A stretch of DNA of 46,103 nt. It comes from an uncultured Bacilli bacterium. Lineage in GTDB: Bacteria; Bacillota_I; Bacilli_A; RFN20; CAG-826. The notes beneath the pieces were generated by a model. The model was not told the DNA's origin and searched no databases. It worked only from the letters and a program-made list of their open reading frames with translations. Positions 1 to 9,169 of this stretch are shown here, one piece after another. A program made the position numbers and the translations under genes. Numbering within the stretch: the stretch's first letter is position 1; each line of letters starts with the position of its first letter. The DNA lies in contig CANQQL010000004.1 of assembly GCA_947625975.1 (NCBI GenBank), positions 1 to 46,103 on the forward strand, read 5' to 3'.

Positions 1-102
1 ACTTGATTTATTATACCATATTCATACTTATTGCCGTTTTCTATCTATAAACGGACTTCCAAATGTTAATTATCAAATAATTAACTCTTTCAAGAAGTTA
101 TC

Positions 103-131
103 TTGAAAGTAAGAAACGGTTGGTGTAATAT
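103..131 (+). promoter_or_regulatory. sigma-A promoter for tRNA-Arg
   Basis: TTGAAA (103-108), 17 bp spacer, TAATAT (126-131), just upstream of the tRNA 5' end; overlaps the inverted repeat CTTTCAAGA-N5-TCTTGAAAG (87-109). Confidence 0.6.
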
Positions 132-141
132 TAGTATGTGT

Positions 142-218
142 GCGCCCATAGCTCAGCTGGATAGAGTATCAGACTTCGAATCTGAGTGTCGTGAGTTCGA
201 ATCTTACTGGGCGCGCCA
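142..218 (+). tRNA. tRNA-Arg (anticodon TCG)
   Basis: Cloverleaf: acceptor GCGCCCA/TGGGCGC, D arm GCTCAGCTGGATAGAGT, anticodon arm TCAGA-CTTCGAA-TCTGA, T loop GTTCGAATC, encoded CCA. Confidence 0.96.
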
Positions 219-236
219 TTTTCTTAGGTATAAAGT

Positions 237-1115
237 ATGAATAAAAAATATGTACAAAATTATTTAAAAGCAATCAAATACATTTTTACAACTCTTGGAA
301 CAATGTTCTTAGGTATGATGATAGGAGTTTCTATATTAATTCCGGGACTAAAAACTGTTTTTGCTTCTTTGGCAAACGGGGTTACGTATTTAGTGAATAA
401 TGTAAATTTAGATGCACAAGTTTTGTTCAAAGATGTATGGAATTCTATTTTATCTTTGGATTGGAATAATCCTTTTAGGGCAATAAAAACTTTATTTTCT
501 TCAACTTGGCTGAATGAAAACATATTACAAATTTTAAACAATCTATTAGGAACTGATGTTGATATTTTTACAGCTGAAATAGAAACTTTAGTAAATAATT
601 TTGTAATTGGTGTGATAGTTTGTATAGTAGCATTTGTTTTATGTTGGATAATTGGATTTATTGTGGGTTATTTTATCACAGAGTTTCAAATTCGTAGAGA
701 TTTTGAAAGGAAGTCTAATTGGAAGCTTATTTTAGAAATATTATTAAATGCGTTTTTGACTGTGTTATTTATAGTTCTTGCGTTATTTTTATTATCTTTA
801 TGGAAATGGAGTGTTATCTTCTCCGTAATTCTTCTTATATCTTTTGCAAGCTGTTTTTCTTTATTTGAGGCTAATTTATTGCGAGGAAAAAATAAAATTC
901 CTTTCAAAACCATATTTAAATTTAAAAATATCAGTAAATACGGATTAAATATTCTAATAATATATGGTATCACAATAGTTATTACAATAATTAGTCTTTT
1001 AATCAATTATATGTTAGGTCTCTTTATCGGTCTATCACTTATTCAAATAACGCATATTGTTATACATTTGAATGCCGAGATGTATATTGATACCATTGAA
1101 ACCAATCTAAAATAA
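237..1115 (+). CDS. hypothetical multi-pass membrane protein
   Basis: 292-aa ORF with about six hydrophobic segments; no recognised family. Confidence 0.75.
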   Translation: MNKKYVQNYLKAIKYIFTTLGTMFLGMMIGVSILIPGLKTVFASLANGVTYLVNNVNLDAQVLFKDVWNSILSLDWNNPFRAIKTLFSSTWLNENILQILNNLLGTDVDIFTAEIETLVNNFVIGVIVCIVAFVLCWIIGFIVGYFITEFQIRRDFERKSNWKLILEILLNAFLTVLFIVLALFLLSLWKWSVIFSVILLISFASCFSLFEANLLRGKNKIPFKTIFKFKNISKYGLNILIIYGITIVITIISLLINYMLGLFIGLSLIQITHIVIHLNAEMYIDTIETNLK

Positions 1116-1209
1116 TCTTGTAAGATAGGTAATGGATATCAATAGTTACATTCCTTTCTTTTTATCAAATTTAATGACTTCTATTAAAAGTTTTAAGTAC
1201 AATAAGTAC

Positions 1210-1304
1210 AGAAAGTGTTTGGCTCGGTGTTAGCGGTTTACCGCTTTCGTTCTTGTAGCCCCCCACGGAATGAGGCTTAATTGCTCGTGGCACTTTCTTT
1301 TTTT
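1210..1304 (+). ncRNA. candidate structured small RNA, family unknown
   Basis: GC-rich island in AT-rich intergenic DNA; 5' AGAAAGTG pairs with 3' CACTTTCT followed by a T tract; internal hairpins AGCGG-TTTA-CCGCT and AGCC...GGCT; upstream ATGACT-18-TACAAT promoter-like pair. Confidence 0.45.
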
Positions 1305-1378
1305 ATGTATTTATTTTTTTAGAACTTTTCTTTCTATTGTAAAAAATGGTAATATAGGTAGTGTATATTAATAGTTTG

Positions 1379-1405
1379 TTGACTTTTGTAACACGTGTGT
1401 ATAAT
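1379..1405 (+). promoter_or_regulatory. probable tetR promoter with palindromic operator candidate ACACGTGT
   Basis: TTGACT (1379-1384) and TATAAT (1400-1405; spacer is a short 15 bp) flank the palindrome ACACGTGT (1391-1398). Confidence 0.4.
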
Positions 1406-1446
1406 AATATAAATATAAATCACTAAAATTTACAGGCGGATAATTT

Positions 1447-2040
1447 ATGGATGAAAAGATTGATCGACGAGTAATAAAGACAAGAAAGGCAATCCGAAAA
1501 GCCTTTGCCGATATGTTAAGGGTTAAATCTTTTGATTGTATAACGGTAAAAGACATTTCAGATGCTGCAGATATTAGTCGAAAAACTTTTTATACTTATT
1601 ACCATGGAGTTTGGGAAATAAAGAATGAGATTGAAAAAGAAATAATAAATCTTTTGGCTCAAGATGTACAAAATAATGATCCAATTAATTATATTAAAAG
1701 CCCTCAAACATTTTTTATTAAATTAAATTATTTATTTGGTGACTATTCGGATTTTTTTGATGCCATGATTACCAACTCGGATAATATGTATTTGATTAGA
1801 GAAATGGCAAAAATTGTAGGAGAAAGTATAAAAAAATTATTAAAAGAAAAAGCGGAGCAACTGAAAGTCGAAGAAAAAAAGTTAAATATAATTGTCCAAT
1901 TTATAATAACTGGTGTTTTTTTCGTCTATCAAGATTGGTATGAAAGCGGAAGAGTGGAACCTATTGAAAATGTTTGTGAAGCTTTAGGTGAAATAATATT
2001 TAAAGGACTAAATGGTCTTAAGGAAGAATTTTTTATTTAA
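1447..2040 (+). CDS. TetR/AcrR family transcriptional regulator
   Basis: N-terminus DRRVIKTRKAIRKAF...ITVKDISDAADISRKTFYTYY is a TetR HTH. Confidence 0.92.
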   Translation: MDEKIDRRVIKTRKAIRKAFADMLRVKSFDCITVKDISDAADISRKTFYTYYHGVWEIKNEIEKEIINLLAQDVQNNDPINYIKSPQTFFIKLNYLFGDYSDFFDAMITNSDNMYLIREMAKIVGESIKKLLKEKAEQLKVEEKKLNIIVQFIITGVFFVYQDWYESGRVEPIENVCEALGEIIFKGLNGLKEEFFI

Positions 2041-2934
2041 ATGATGCAAATAGATGATAAGAGTTTTTTATTTGTGCATATTAATGCACAATATGGTGCA
2101 GAATACGCTAAACTTATACAACAAGGCTTGACATCAAAGCGTATAAGTTCTTTTCGCATTAATACTTTAAAATCAAATTATCAAGAAATTGAGGAAGTTT
2201 TAAAAATTTACAAAATTCCCTTTGAAAAAATAAATTATATTCCCAATGCCTATATATTAAAAGATTTTGACAAAATACAAAATTTAGAGATATATAAAGA
2301 TGGGAAAATTTACTTGCAAAGTTTATCATCAATGCTACCACCCTTATTACTTTCGCCTAAAGAATCCGATCATATTTTAGATATGGCAGCTGCTCCAGGA
2401 AGCAAGACAAGTCAAATAGCGGCGCTTACTAACAACAAAGCTTGCATTACAGCCGTGGAAATAAATCCATTACGTGCAGAAAGACTAAAATACAATTTAG
2501 AAAAACAAGGTGTGACACGAGTTACTATTCTAATAAAAGATGCAAGATTTTTAGATGATTTTTATCGCTTTAATAAAATTTTACTGGATGCCCCTTGTAG
2601 TGGCTCTGGTACGCTTAATTTAAATATAGACACTAAGCAAAAAATTAATCAGGATATTATAAAAAAATGTCAAAATAGGCAAATAACGCTTTTAAAAAAA
2701 GCAATATCTCTACTTCCAAAAGGTGGCGAACTTATTTATTCGACTTGTTCGATTTTTAAAGAAGAAAACGAAGAAGTAATAAAAAAGTTCTTAGATAATT
2801 GTGTTCAATTGGTCCATCTTGAAAAACTTAATTGCAATAATTTATGTTATCTTCCATCATTAGATGGTACATTAACTATCTTACCAAATGAATACTTTGA
2901 AGGATTTTTTATAGCTAAATTGCGTAAATTATAA
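2041..2934 (+). CDS. RsmB/RsmF (NOL1/NOP2/Sun) family RNA m5C methyltransferase
   Basis: Motifs LDMAAAPGSKT, ILLDAPCSGSG, YSTCS, EENE, EGFFIAKL. Confidence 0.93.
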   Translation: MMQIDDKSFLFVHINAQYGAEYAKLIQQGLTSKRISSFRINTLKSNYQEIEEVLKIYKIPFEKINYIPNAYILKDFDKIQNLEIYKDGKIYLQSLSSMLPPLLLSPKESDHILDMAAAPGSKTSQIAALTNNKACITAVEINPLRAERLKYNLEKQGVTRVTILIKDARFLDDFYRFNKILLDAPCSGSGTLNLNIDTKQKINQDIIKKCQNRQITLLKKAISLLPKGGELIYSTCSIFKEENEEVIKKFLDNCVQLVHLEKLNCNNLCYLPSLDGTLTILPNEYFEGFFIAKLRKL

Positions 2935-2936
2935 AG

Positions 2937-2965
2937 TTGAAAAGAAAAGATCTATTTGTTATACT
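2937..2965 (+). promoter_or_regulatory. sigma-A promoter of the riboswitch-antiporter transcript
   Basis: TTGAAA, 17 bp spacer, TATACT with extended TG. Confidence 0.7.
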
Positions 2966-2984
2966 TGATTAGACACAAACTCAA

Positions 2985-3067
2985 TGAGGGAGTAGTTGAC
3001 CTATTAGGTGATAAATCAACAGGCATGATTTATTTTAAATCTGGTTTATCTTAATTAACGAGACTCA
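2985..3067 (+). ncRNA. yybP-ykoY manganese riboswitch aptamer
   Basis: Hallmark GGGAGTAG ... TCAACA ... TGG ... ACGAGAC with P1 TGAG/CTCA and GATAAA/TTTATC helix; lies upstream of a cation antiporter. Confidence 0.85.
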
Positions 3068-3104
3068 GCATAGATGAATTAAGTATATGTCTGAGTCTGT
3101 TTTT
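3061..3104 (+). terminator. riboswitch expression-platform intrinsic terminator
   Basis: AGACTCAG...CTGAGTCT stem followed by GTTTTT; its 5' arm overlaps the aptamer P1 3' strand, as expected for an ON switch. Confidence 0.75.
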
Positions 3105-3117
3105 ATAGGAGGTCATT

Positions 3118-4134
3118 ATGTTTCTAGAAGGATTAGGTACTTGGACATTTGGGGGAATCTTTGGCGCTATTGCACTTTTAATTGCAGGTCTTATCTTAAT
3201 TATTAAAAGTGGTGATATATTTGTTGATGCATCAGCTTGGATGGCTGATGAATTTCACGTTCCTAAGTTTTTAATAGGCGTTACGATTGTCAGTTTTGCT
3301 ACAACTTTACCAGAATTATTAGTTTCGATTTTTGCGGTTATAGAAGGCTCTTATGATATGGGAATCGCAAATGCAGTTGGTAGCGTTACGGCGAATACTG
3401 GGTTAATTCTAGCAATTTCGGCAATATTCGTAGGTTGCAAAATTGATCGGAAAGATTTTGGCATTAAAGGTTTTATTATTCTTCTCACAAGTATCATTTT
3501 ATTTGCTTTTTGTTTGAGCAAATCGTTTGGAATTATACCATCAATCTTATTTTTAATTATCTTTGTGATTCATATGGCAATTACCATTAAGTCTGCTATG
3601 AAGAAAGATCGTGATGTAACGAAAGTAATGGAAATTGCCGAAGAAGTTACGGAAACAAAAAAATCTACAAAAAAAGATAAAGCGATTAATATTTTTAAGT
3701 TTATATTTGGTGCACTTGGTATTGCTGTTGGTGCAAAATTGCTTGTAGATAATGCAACAGAAGTGGCAAGTGCTTTAAATATTTCGGAAGGAATAGTTGG
3801 AATTACTATTGTTGCAATCGGTACAAGTCTTCCAGAATTAGTTACCACTATTACTTCAATTGTAAAAAAACAGGGAGATCTTGGAGTTGGCAATGTCATT
3901 GGGGCAAATATTATCGATTTAGTTTTAATTTTGCCTATTTGTTCTTTTATTGCCAATGGTAATCTAATTGTTTCTGAACAAGCGTATATGTTAGATATTC
4001 CTGTATTACTTGTTTTATCTTTAATAGCAGTTGTTCCAACTTTAATATTTAAAAAATTTAATAAAATACAAGGTATTGGTATGTTGGTAATTTATATTGC
4101 ATATGTTGCTTGTGCAGCAATATTTTTTGCGTAG
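3118..4134 (+). CDS. calcium/sodium antiporter (YrbG/CaCA family)
   Basis: Duplicated alpha-repeats IVSFATTLPEL / IVAIGTSLPEL and GNVIGAN; RBS AGGAGG. Confidence 0.92.
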   Translation: MFLEGLGTWTFGGIFGAIALLIAGLILIIKSGDIFVDASAWMADEFHVPKFLIGVTIVSFATTLPELLVSIFAVIEGSYDMGIANAVGSVTANTGLILAISAIFVGCKIDRKDFGIKGFIILLTSIILFAFCLSKSFGIIPSILFLIIFVIHMAITIKSAMKKDRDVTKVMEIAEEVTETKKSTKKDKAINIFKFIFGALGIAVGAKLLVDNATEVASALNISEGIVGITIVAIGTSLPELVTTITSIVKKQGDLGVGNVIGANIIDLVLILPICSFIANGNLIVSEQAYMLDIPVLLVLSLIAVVPTLIFKKFNKIQGIGMLVIYIAYVACAAIFFA

Positions 4135-4144
4135 GTGAAAATTT

Positions 4145-4657
4145 ATGAATAGAAATATTATTAAAAAAATGATTTATAGTGCGCTAGGAATTGCTTTGGT
4201 AACCATTTCTACCGCGTTTTTACAACTTAATTTAGGAAGTTCTTTTGTTTGTTTAGGAGATGTATTTATTTTTGTTATTTCCATAATTTTTGGTCCGGTT
4301 GTGGGCCTTTTATCTGGAGGTTTTGGCTCATTTTTTGGCGATATGATTTCTTACCCGCCTACAATGTTTTATACTCTTATAATTAAAGGCCTAGAAGGTT
4401 TATCGGTAGGATTATTAGCTTATCAATTAAGAAAACTTAATACAAATCTTTTTACGCGAAATGCTTTTTGGTTATTAGAGATGTTTGTGGGTTCAATAAT
4501 TATGGTTGGTGGATATTTTTTATGTAAAGCTTTATTTTATGGTACCTATGAAGGTGCCTTAGTTTCGATTGTTCCTAATATTATTCAAGCCATAGTTTGT
4601 ATGATTATTGCCTTAGGTATATTAAATATCTTCCCACAAGAAAAATTTAGGGTATAA
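4145..4657 (+). CDS. ECF transporter S component
   Basis: LGDVFI...GGFGSFFGD...TLIIKGLEG pattern; about six TM helices. Confidence 0.85.
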   Translation: MNRNIIKKMIYSALGIALVTISTAFLQLNLGSSFVCLGDVFIFVISIIFGPVVGLLSGGFGSFFGDMISYPPTMFYTLIIKGLEGLSVGLLAYQLRKLNTNLFTRNAFWLLEMFVGSIIMVGGYFLCKALFYGTYEGALVSIVPNIIQAIVCMIIALGILNIFPQEKFRV

Positions 4658-4666
4658 TAGTAATGT

Positions 4667-4740
4667 GCAGGTATAGTTTAATGGTAGAACTTTAGCTTCC
4701 CAAGCTAATAATACGGGTTCGATTCCCGCTACCTGCTCCA
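4667..4740 (+). tRNA. tRNA-Gly (anticodon CCC)
   Basis: Acceptor GCAGGTA/TACCTGC, anticodon arm TTAGC-TTCCCAA-GCTAA, GGTTCGATTCC, encoded CCA. Confidence 0.95.
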
Positions 4741-4804
4741 TTATAAATATTTTAAATAACTTTAGTTAGCAGAAAAAATTGTAGTTTTGGGGAAATAGAA
4801 CCAA

Positions 4805-5026
4805 ATGAAAAAAGAAAATTTATATATTTTTTAATATTGCATATCAGTGTTTTTAATATTTATATTTGCACTAATATTAGAATAGAGTATTACATTATAT
4901 AATTTATTATAATTCTGCACTTTTTTATGCTTATATTATTGTAAGAGGATTCGAGTTTCTATTTCCAAGTATTCTTGTTTTTGTACTAGGAAAATACTGT
5001 AAGAAAAAATTCAGAAAAGTAAGCTA
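4805..5026 (+). pseudogene. degraded small membrane protein remnant
   Basis: Interrupted hydrophobic reading frames ending ...YNSALFYAYIIVRGFEFLFPSILVFVLGKYCKKKFRKVS*; several internal stops. Confidence 0.35.
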
Positions 5027-5178
5027 AACTTTTCATTGAAAATACTATACATTGATTGCAATTTTTAATAATTGTAATGAAAAATTCGATAAAATAATAT
5101 AAATTATTTTAATTAGTTTATAAAAAAATTTAAGAAGATTATAAATCAAGAATTTAAAAGAGACAATTGAAATTAATT

Positions 5179-6021
5179 TTAATTAGATTGTAAATTATTT
5201 CTCTCAAATCTATTAATTTTATGATGTAGTCCTCGTTTTTCGATTGGAGGAAGTTCCATATAATTTCCATAAAGTGATTGAAGTATTTTCTCGTATTCAG
5301 TTGGTGCATAAACTTCTAATTCATCGAATTTCAATAATTTGGGAGTACCAAAATACGAACTAGGGAATATTGCTTTTTCAGCACCATATGCGCAAGCATA
5401 ATCTACTGAAAATTGACCGGGCTTATGATTGGCGACTAATAAATTATCTAAAAACAAAATTGCCCTAGTAGGTACTAATTTCATTAAAAAATTATTAAAT
5501 TTTTTGTCTGAACATTACCTTTTTTTAACTTCTAAAGCATAAGCTAATAAACTATGAATTTTTGCTTTCTTAAATAATCTTTTAGAAATTTTCTTCTCAT
5601 AGTCTAGCATAAAAATATCTATAAATACCCCTTTATGCATTGTTAAGTTTACTTCACTTACATTTTCTAAAACAGTGCCATTCCTTCTAATTTTTGGCCA
5701 AATTTGATAATACCCTTTATCCGTTAAATTGTTTTGCAAGAAATAATCTTTTGATAAAGCTTTTTTTGCGATTTTTTCAAATTTTTTATAATCGTTCCGA
5801 TACATTAATATATCTATATCATCATCCCAAGGAATAAATCCTTTATGCCTTACTGCACCTAATAATGTGCCACCATAAATATAATATTTTATATTATTAT
5901 TGACACAAATTTCATGAACAGCTTTTAAAATTTGTTTTTCTTCGAATTGTATTAATTTTAATTCACTATCTGTGAGAATATGTGGTTGCGGTTGTTTTGA
6001 TTGAGATTCAGTTGTTTTCAT
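5179..6021 (-). pseudogene. licD: LicD family phosphotransferase split by a single in-frame TAA (5515-5517)
   Basis: N-half has GGTLLGAVRHKGFIPWDDDIDI; C-half has APTEYEKILQSLYGNYMELPP. Both ORFs share one frame and the intervening codons are open (KKR*CSDKKFNNFLMKL), giving ~280 codons. Confidence 0.85.
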
Positions 6022-7577
6022 TTTTTACTCTCCTTTTTCTTGTGCTTGAACTTTTTTTTAAATAAACTTCCTAATTTTTCTAATAAAAATTTAAATGATT
6101 TACTTCGCCAAAAAATGATTAAATAAAGGGTATTAACCAAAATTGTACAAACAATCATTTTTAAAATCTCTAATACAAAGGTGCCACCAGGTATTAGTGA
6201 ATTAATAAAATAGCTTAATGATAAAGTGGCTGCAAATAACATAAAGTAGAGCAAATATTTGAAATAAAATATAAAAGGCGATTTTTTAAAACAATTTTTA
6301 TATGTAAAATATGGATCGGCTATTGTAACAGTAAAAATTCTAGAAATAGGCGTGGCAATAAGTACTCCAAATACACCCCAAGGCTTTACTAATAAAATAG
6401 AAAGTAGAATATTTATAATAGCATTGGCCAATGGAATCCATCCCGCATTTTTGAAATATCCTTTGGTAATTCTAAATGAATAACCTGCGAATTGCGTTAC
6501 ACCAACATAAAAATTTAATGCTATTGCTAGAACAACCCAAATACTAAAAGTATATTCATTTCCCCATACTAAAGTAAAAATTGGGTTAAAAAACAAAGTC
6601 ATTCCAATACTTAAAAAAGATCCACTCCAAAAAGATAGTAGAAGTAATGTATTAAAAACTTTTTCTTGCTTATCAATGTCATTATTTATATTTAGATTAC
6701 CAATACTTGATATGGTTGAGTTGCACACAGAATTTACTAAGGTTGTAACACTAGAGGAAATCATTTGATAATTCGAAAGCACACCAACTTCAGCTAAGCC
6801 GATAAAAGAAGAAATAATGATATTATCGGTTCCGGCCAATATTACAGCCCCAAGTTTATAGACAAAAATTGATAAAACATTTATAAAAATTGATTTTTTT
6901 TCTTCTTTAGATAAAGGCTTTATTGTTTTTTCTTTTAAAAATTGATTTTTTCGGCCAATATACAAATAAAAAATCAAATTAGCAAAAAATTCAAATACTA
7001 TACCGACTATTAAATAAATATAAAAATTGTGGGTTAAAAGCAAAACAATTGCGAGACAAATTTCTTTTAATAGTTTAATCATTTGCAGTGTAACATCAAC
7101 AATATATTGCTTTTGAGAAGCAATTAAAAAAGATTGCCTAGAAGAGAAAAAATAAGAAGAGGAAGTCTGTATTACATAAAGCATAAAAACAATGTATATG
7201 TTAACAGGAACTCCAATTTCTCCGTTTATTAAGTAAGGAATAAATGGAGTTAATACGCCACCGACTAAAATTACAATACAGCCAATTATTACATAGCATT
7301 TTTGATATAATTTGATTAAAGCATTAATTTTTGGAAAATCGTTCTCAGCGATAGGTTTATACATGCTATATAAAATTGCACTACCAATACCTAGTTCGGC
7401 AAAAGATAAAAGCATTAAAATATCACTGAATAAGCCATTTATACCTAGATATTCTTTGCCAAGCAAATTAATGAATATAGTTCTTACGACAAATGCTAAA
7501 ATTAAATTGAATACCTTCATAGATAGTCCAATTGTTGAATTTTTTAAAACATTTTTTGTCCTTGAAACTTCTTCCAT
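6018..7577 (-). CDS. polysaccharide/teichoic acid flippase (Wzx-like, MOP superfamily)
   Basis: SRTKNVLKN...LGKEYLGINGLF..LSFAELGIG..YSMYKP; TDNIIIS; 12-14 TM helices; overlaps the licD start. Confidence 0.88.
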   Translation of the reverse strand: MEEVSRTKNVLKNSTIGLSMKVFNLILAFVVRTIFINLLGKEYLGINGLFSDILMLLSFAELGIGSAILYSMYKPIAENDFPKINALIKLYQKCYVIIGCIVILVGGVLTPFIPYLINGEIGVPVNIYIVFMLYVIQTSSSYFFSSRQSFLIASQKQYIVDVTLQMIKLLKEICLAIVLLLTHNFYIYLIVGIVFEFFANLIFYLYIGRKNQFLKEKTIKPLSKEEKKSIFINVLSIFVYKLGAVILAGTDNIIISSFIGLAEVGVLSNYQMISSSVTTLVNSVCNSTISSIGNLNINNDIDKQEKVFNTLLLLSFWSGSFLSIGMTLFFNPIFTLVWGNEYTFSIWVVLAIALNFYVGVTQFAGYSFRITKGYFKNAGWIPLANAIINILLSILLVKPWGVFGVLIATPISRIFTVTIADPYFTYKNCFKKSPFIFYFKYLLYFMLFAATLSLSYFINSLIPGGTFVLEILKMIVCTILVNTLYLIIFWRSKSFKFLLEKLGSLFKKKFKHKKKESKK

Positions 7578-7939
7578 AAATTAAGATCCTACTTTGCAAA
7601 ATTTGGACATTAAGCCTTTTAATATTTAAGCATAACAATTAATATTTTTCAATAATTATATATTGAAATGACATTATATTTGTAGATGACGTGAAAGAAA
7701 AATATATAAAATTCATGTTGATACTGGATTAGTATAAAAAATCTTTTTAATGAAGTACAAAAAAATTTATGTTTAGTAAAAGCAGACAAAATGATAAAAT
7801 CAAAATGTTCTTTATGATTAAAAAAATTGCAAAAATGTCAAATTTTTTCTTTCTAAAAACGTTCTATGTTAATATCCAATATACGCAAGTAATATAGCCA
7901 AAACTTATTAAAGGCTAAATTTAACTCTGTTAACTAAAA

Positions 7940-8330
7940 ATGAAAGCACAATATTTTTATGAATACAAAATGGAACAAAGTTGGTGTAAATATTCCTAAA
8001 CAATTTATTGAAATACAAGGAAAACCTATTTTTACGTATACTTTTGAGGCATTCCAAAATGATTTTCAATTAGATGCTATCGAAATAATTTATCATAAAG
8101 ATTGGATGCACAAAGTTATGGATATTTGCCAAAAATATGATGTTAGCAAATTTAAATGGGGCACTAATGGTGGTACAACGTTTCAATAATCAACTATAAA
8201 GGTATTTATAATATTAAGGAAATATCTCTTCTGATGAATTGTAATTGAGTACCATTTTTGCACTAAAGATATCATCGAAGACAGTATAATGGTTGCAAAC
8301 AATATGATAATGGTATTAGTGAGAAGATCA
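7940..8330 (+). pseudogene. IspD/TarI family sugar-alcohol phosphate cytidylyltransferase pseudogene
   Basis: IPKQFIEIQGKPIFTYT...GGTTFQ* followed by frameshifted remnant PFCTKDIIEDSIMVA; N-terminal LAGG motif eroded. Confidence 0.75.
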
Positions 8331-8449
8331 ATCAAATTGATATCATTTACCTATTAAAAATAATAAAAAATAGTATTTGTGTATTTATTAATATTTAAAA
8401 AATATTGTAAAAATCAAATTTCATATTAATATATAATTTGATAAAGTGA

Positions 8450-9160
8450 GTGAGTAAAATGTCTTACATTGAGTTTAAGAATGTTGTTAAGGAATATGTA
8501 ATGGGACAAATTACAATACGAGCATTAGACAATGCTTCCTTTAGTATTAACAAAGGAGAACTTGTATGTATATTAGGTCCCTCAGGAGCAGGGAAAACAA
8601 CTTGTTTAAACATTTTAGGCGGGATGGATAACGTTACAAGTGGCGAAGTAATAGTGGATAATAATGTAATATCCAATTTATCAGATAAGCAACTCATCAA
8701 ATATCGTCGTTTGGATATTGGTTTTGTATTCCAGTTTTATAATTTGGTGCAAAATTTAACTGCTTTAGAAAATGTTGAACTTGCAGTGCAACTTTGCGAC
8801 GATCACTTATCTCCCGAAAAAGTGTTAAAAAGTGTTGGTTTAGAAAACCGCATGAATAACTTCCCTGCTCAATTATCGGGTGGCGAACAGCAAAGAGTGG
8901 CAATAGCAAGGGCTATTGCGAAAAGTCCTAAATTACTCTTATGCGATGAACCAACCGGAGCTTTAGATTATAATACAGGAAAACAAATTTTGAAATTATT
9001 ACAAGATACAGCAAGAAAAAACAAAATGACTGTTATTATTATTACACATAACTCTGCAATTGCTCCCATGGCAGACAAAGTTATAAAGTTTAAAAATGGT
9101 AAGGTAGAGAATGTGATATATAACGATAAGCCACTAGATATAGCAAAGATTGAGTGGTAG
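8450..9160 (+). CDS. ABC transporter ATP-binding protein (MacB/LolD type)
   Basis: Walker [38 protein letters not shown]. Confidence 0.95.
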   Translation: MSKMSYIEFKNVVKEYVMGQITIRALDNASFSINKGELVCILGPSGAGKTTCLNILGGMDNVTSGEVIVDNNVISNLSDKQLIKYRRLDIGFVFQFYNLVQNLTALENVELAVQLCDDHLSPEKVLKSVGLENRMNNFPAQLSGGEQQRVAIARAIAKSPKLLLCDEPTGALDYNTGKQILKLLQDTARKNKMTVIIITHNSAIAPMADKVIKFKNGKVENVIYNDKPLDIAKIEW

Positions 9161-9169
9161 AGTGGTAGT

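Noticed and set aside
1210-1304. SRP RNA, 6S RNA, twister or pistol ribozyme identity for the small RNA candidate
   Set aside because: The SRP domain-IV motif is absent, it is too short for 6S, and the ribozyme-like words are not in the required order or pairing.
5515-5526. Phase variation or recoding of licD at the adjacent A7 run
   Set aside because: Both halves are already in the same frame, so slippage would not restore the gene; TAA is used as a normal stop throughout the window.
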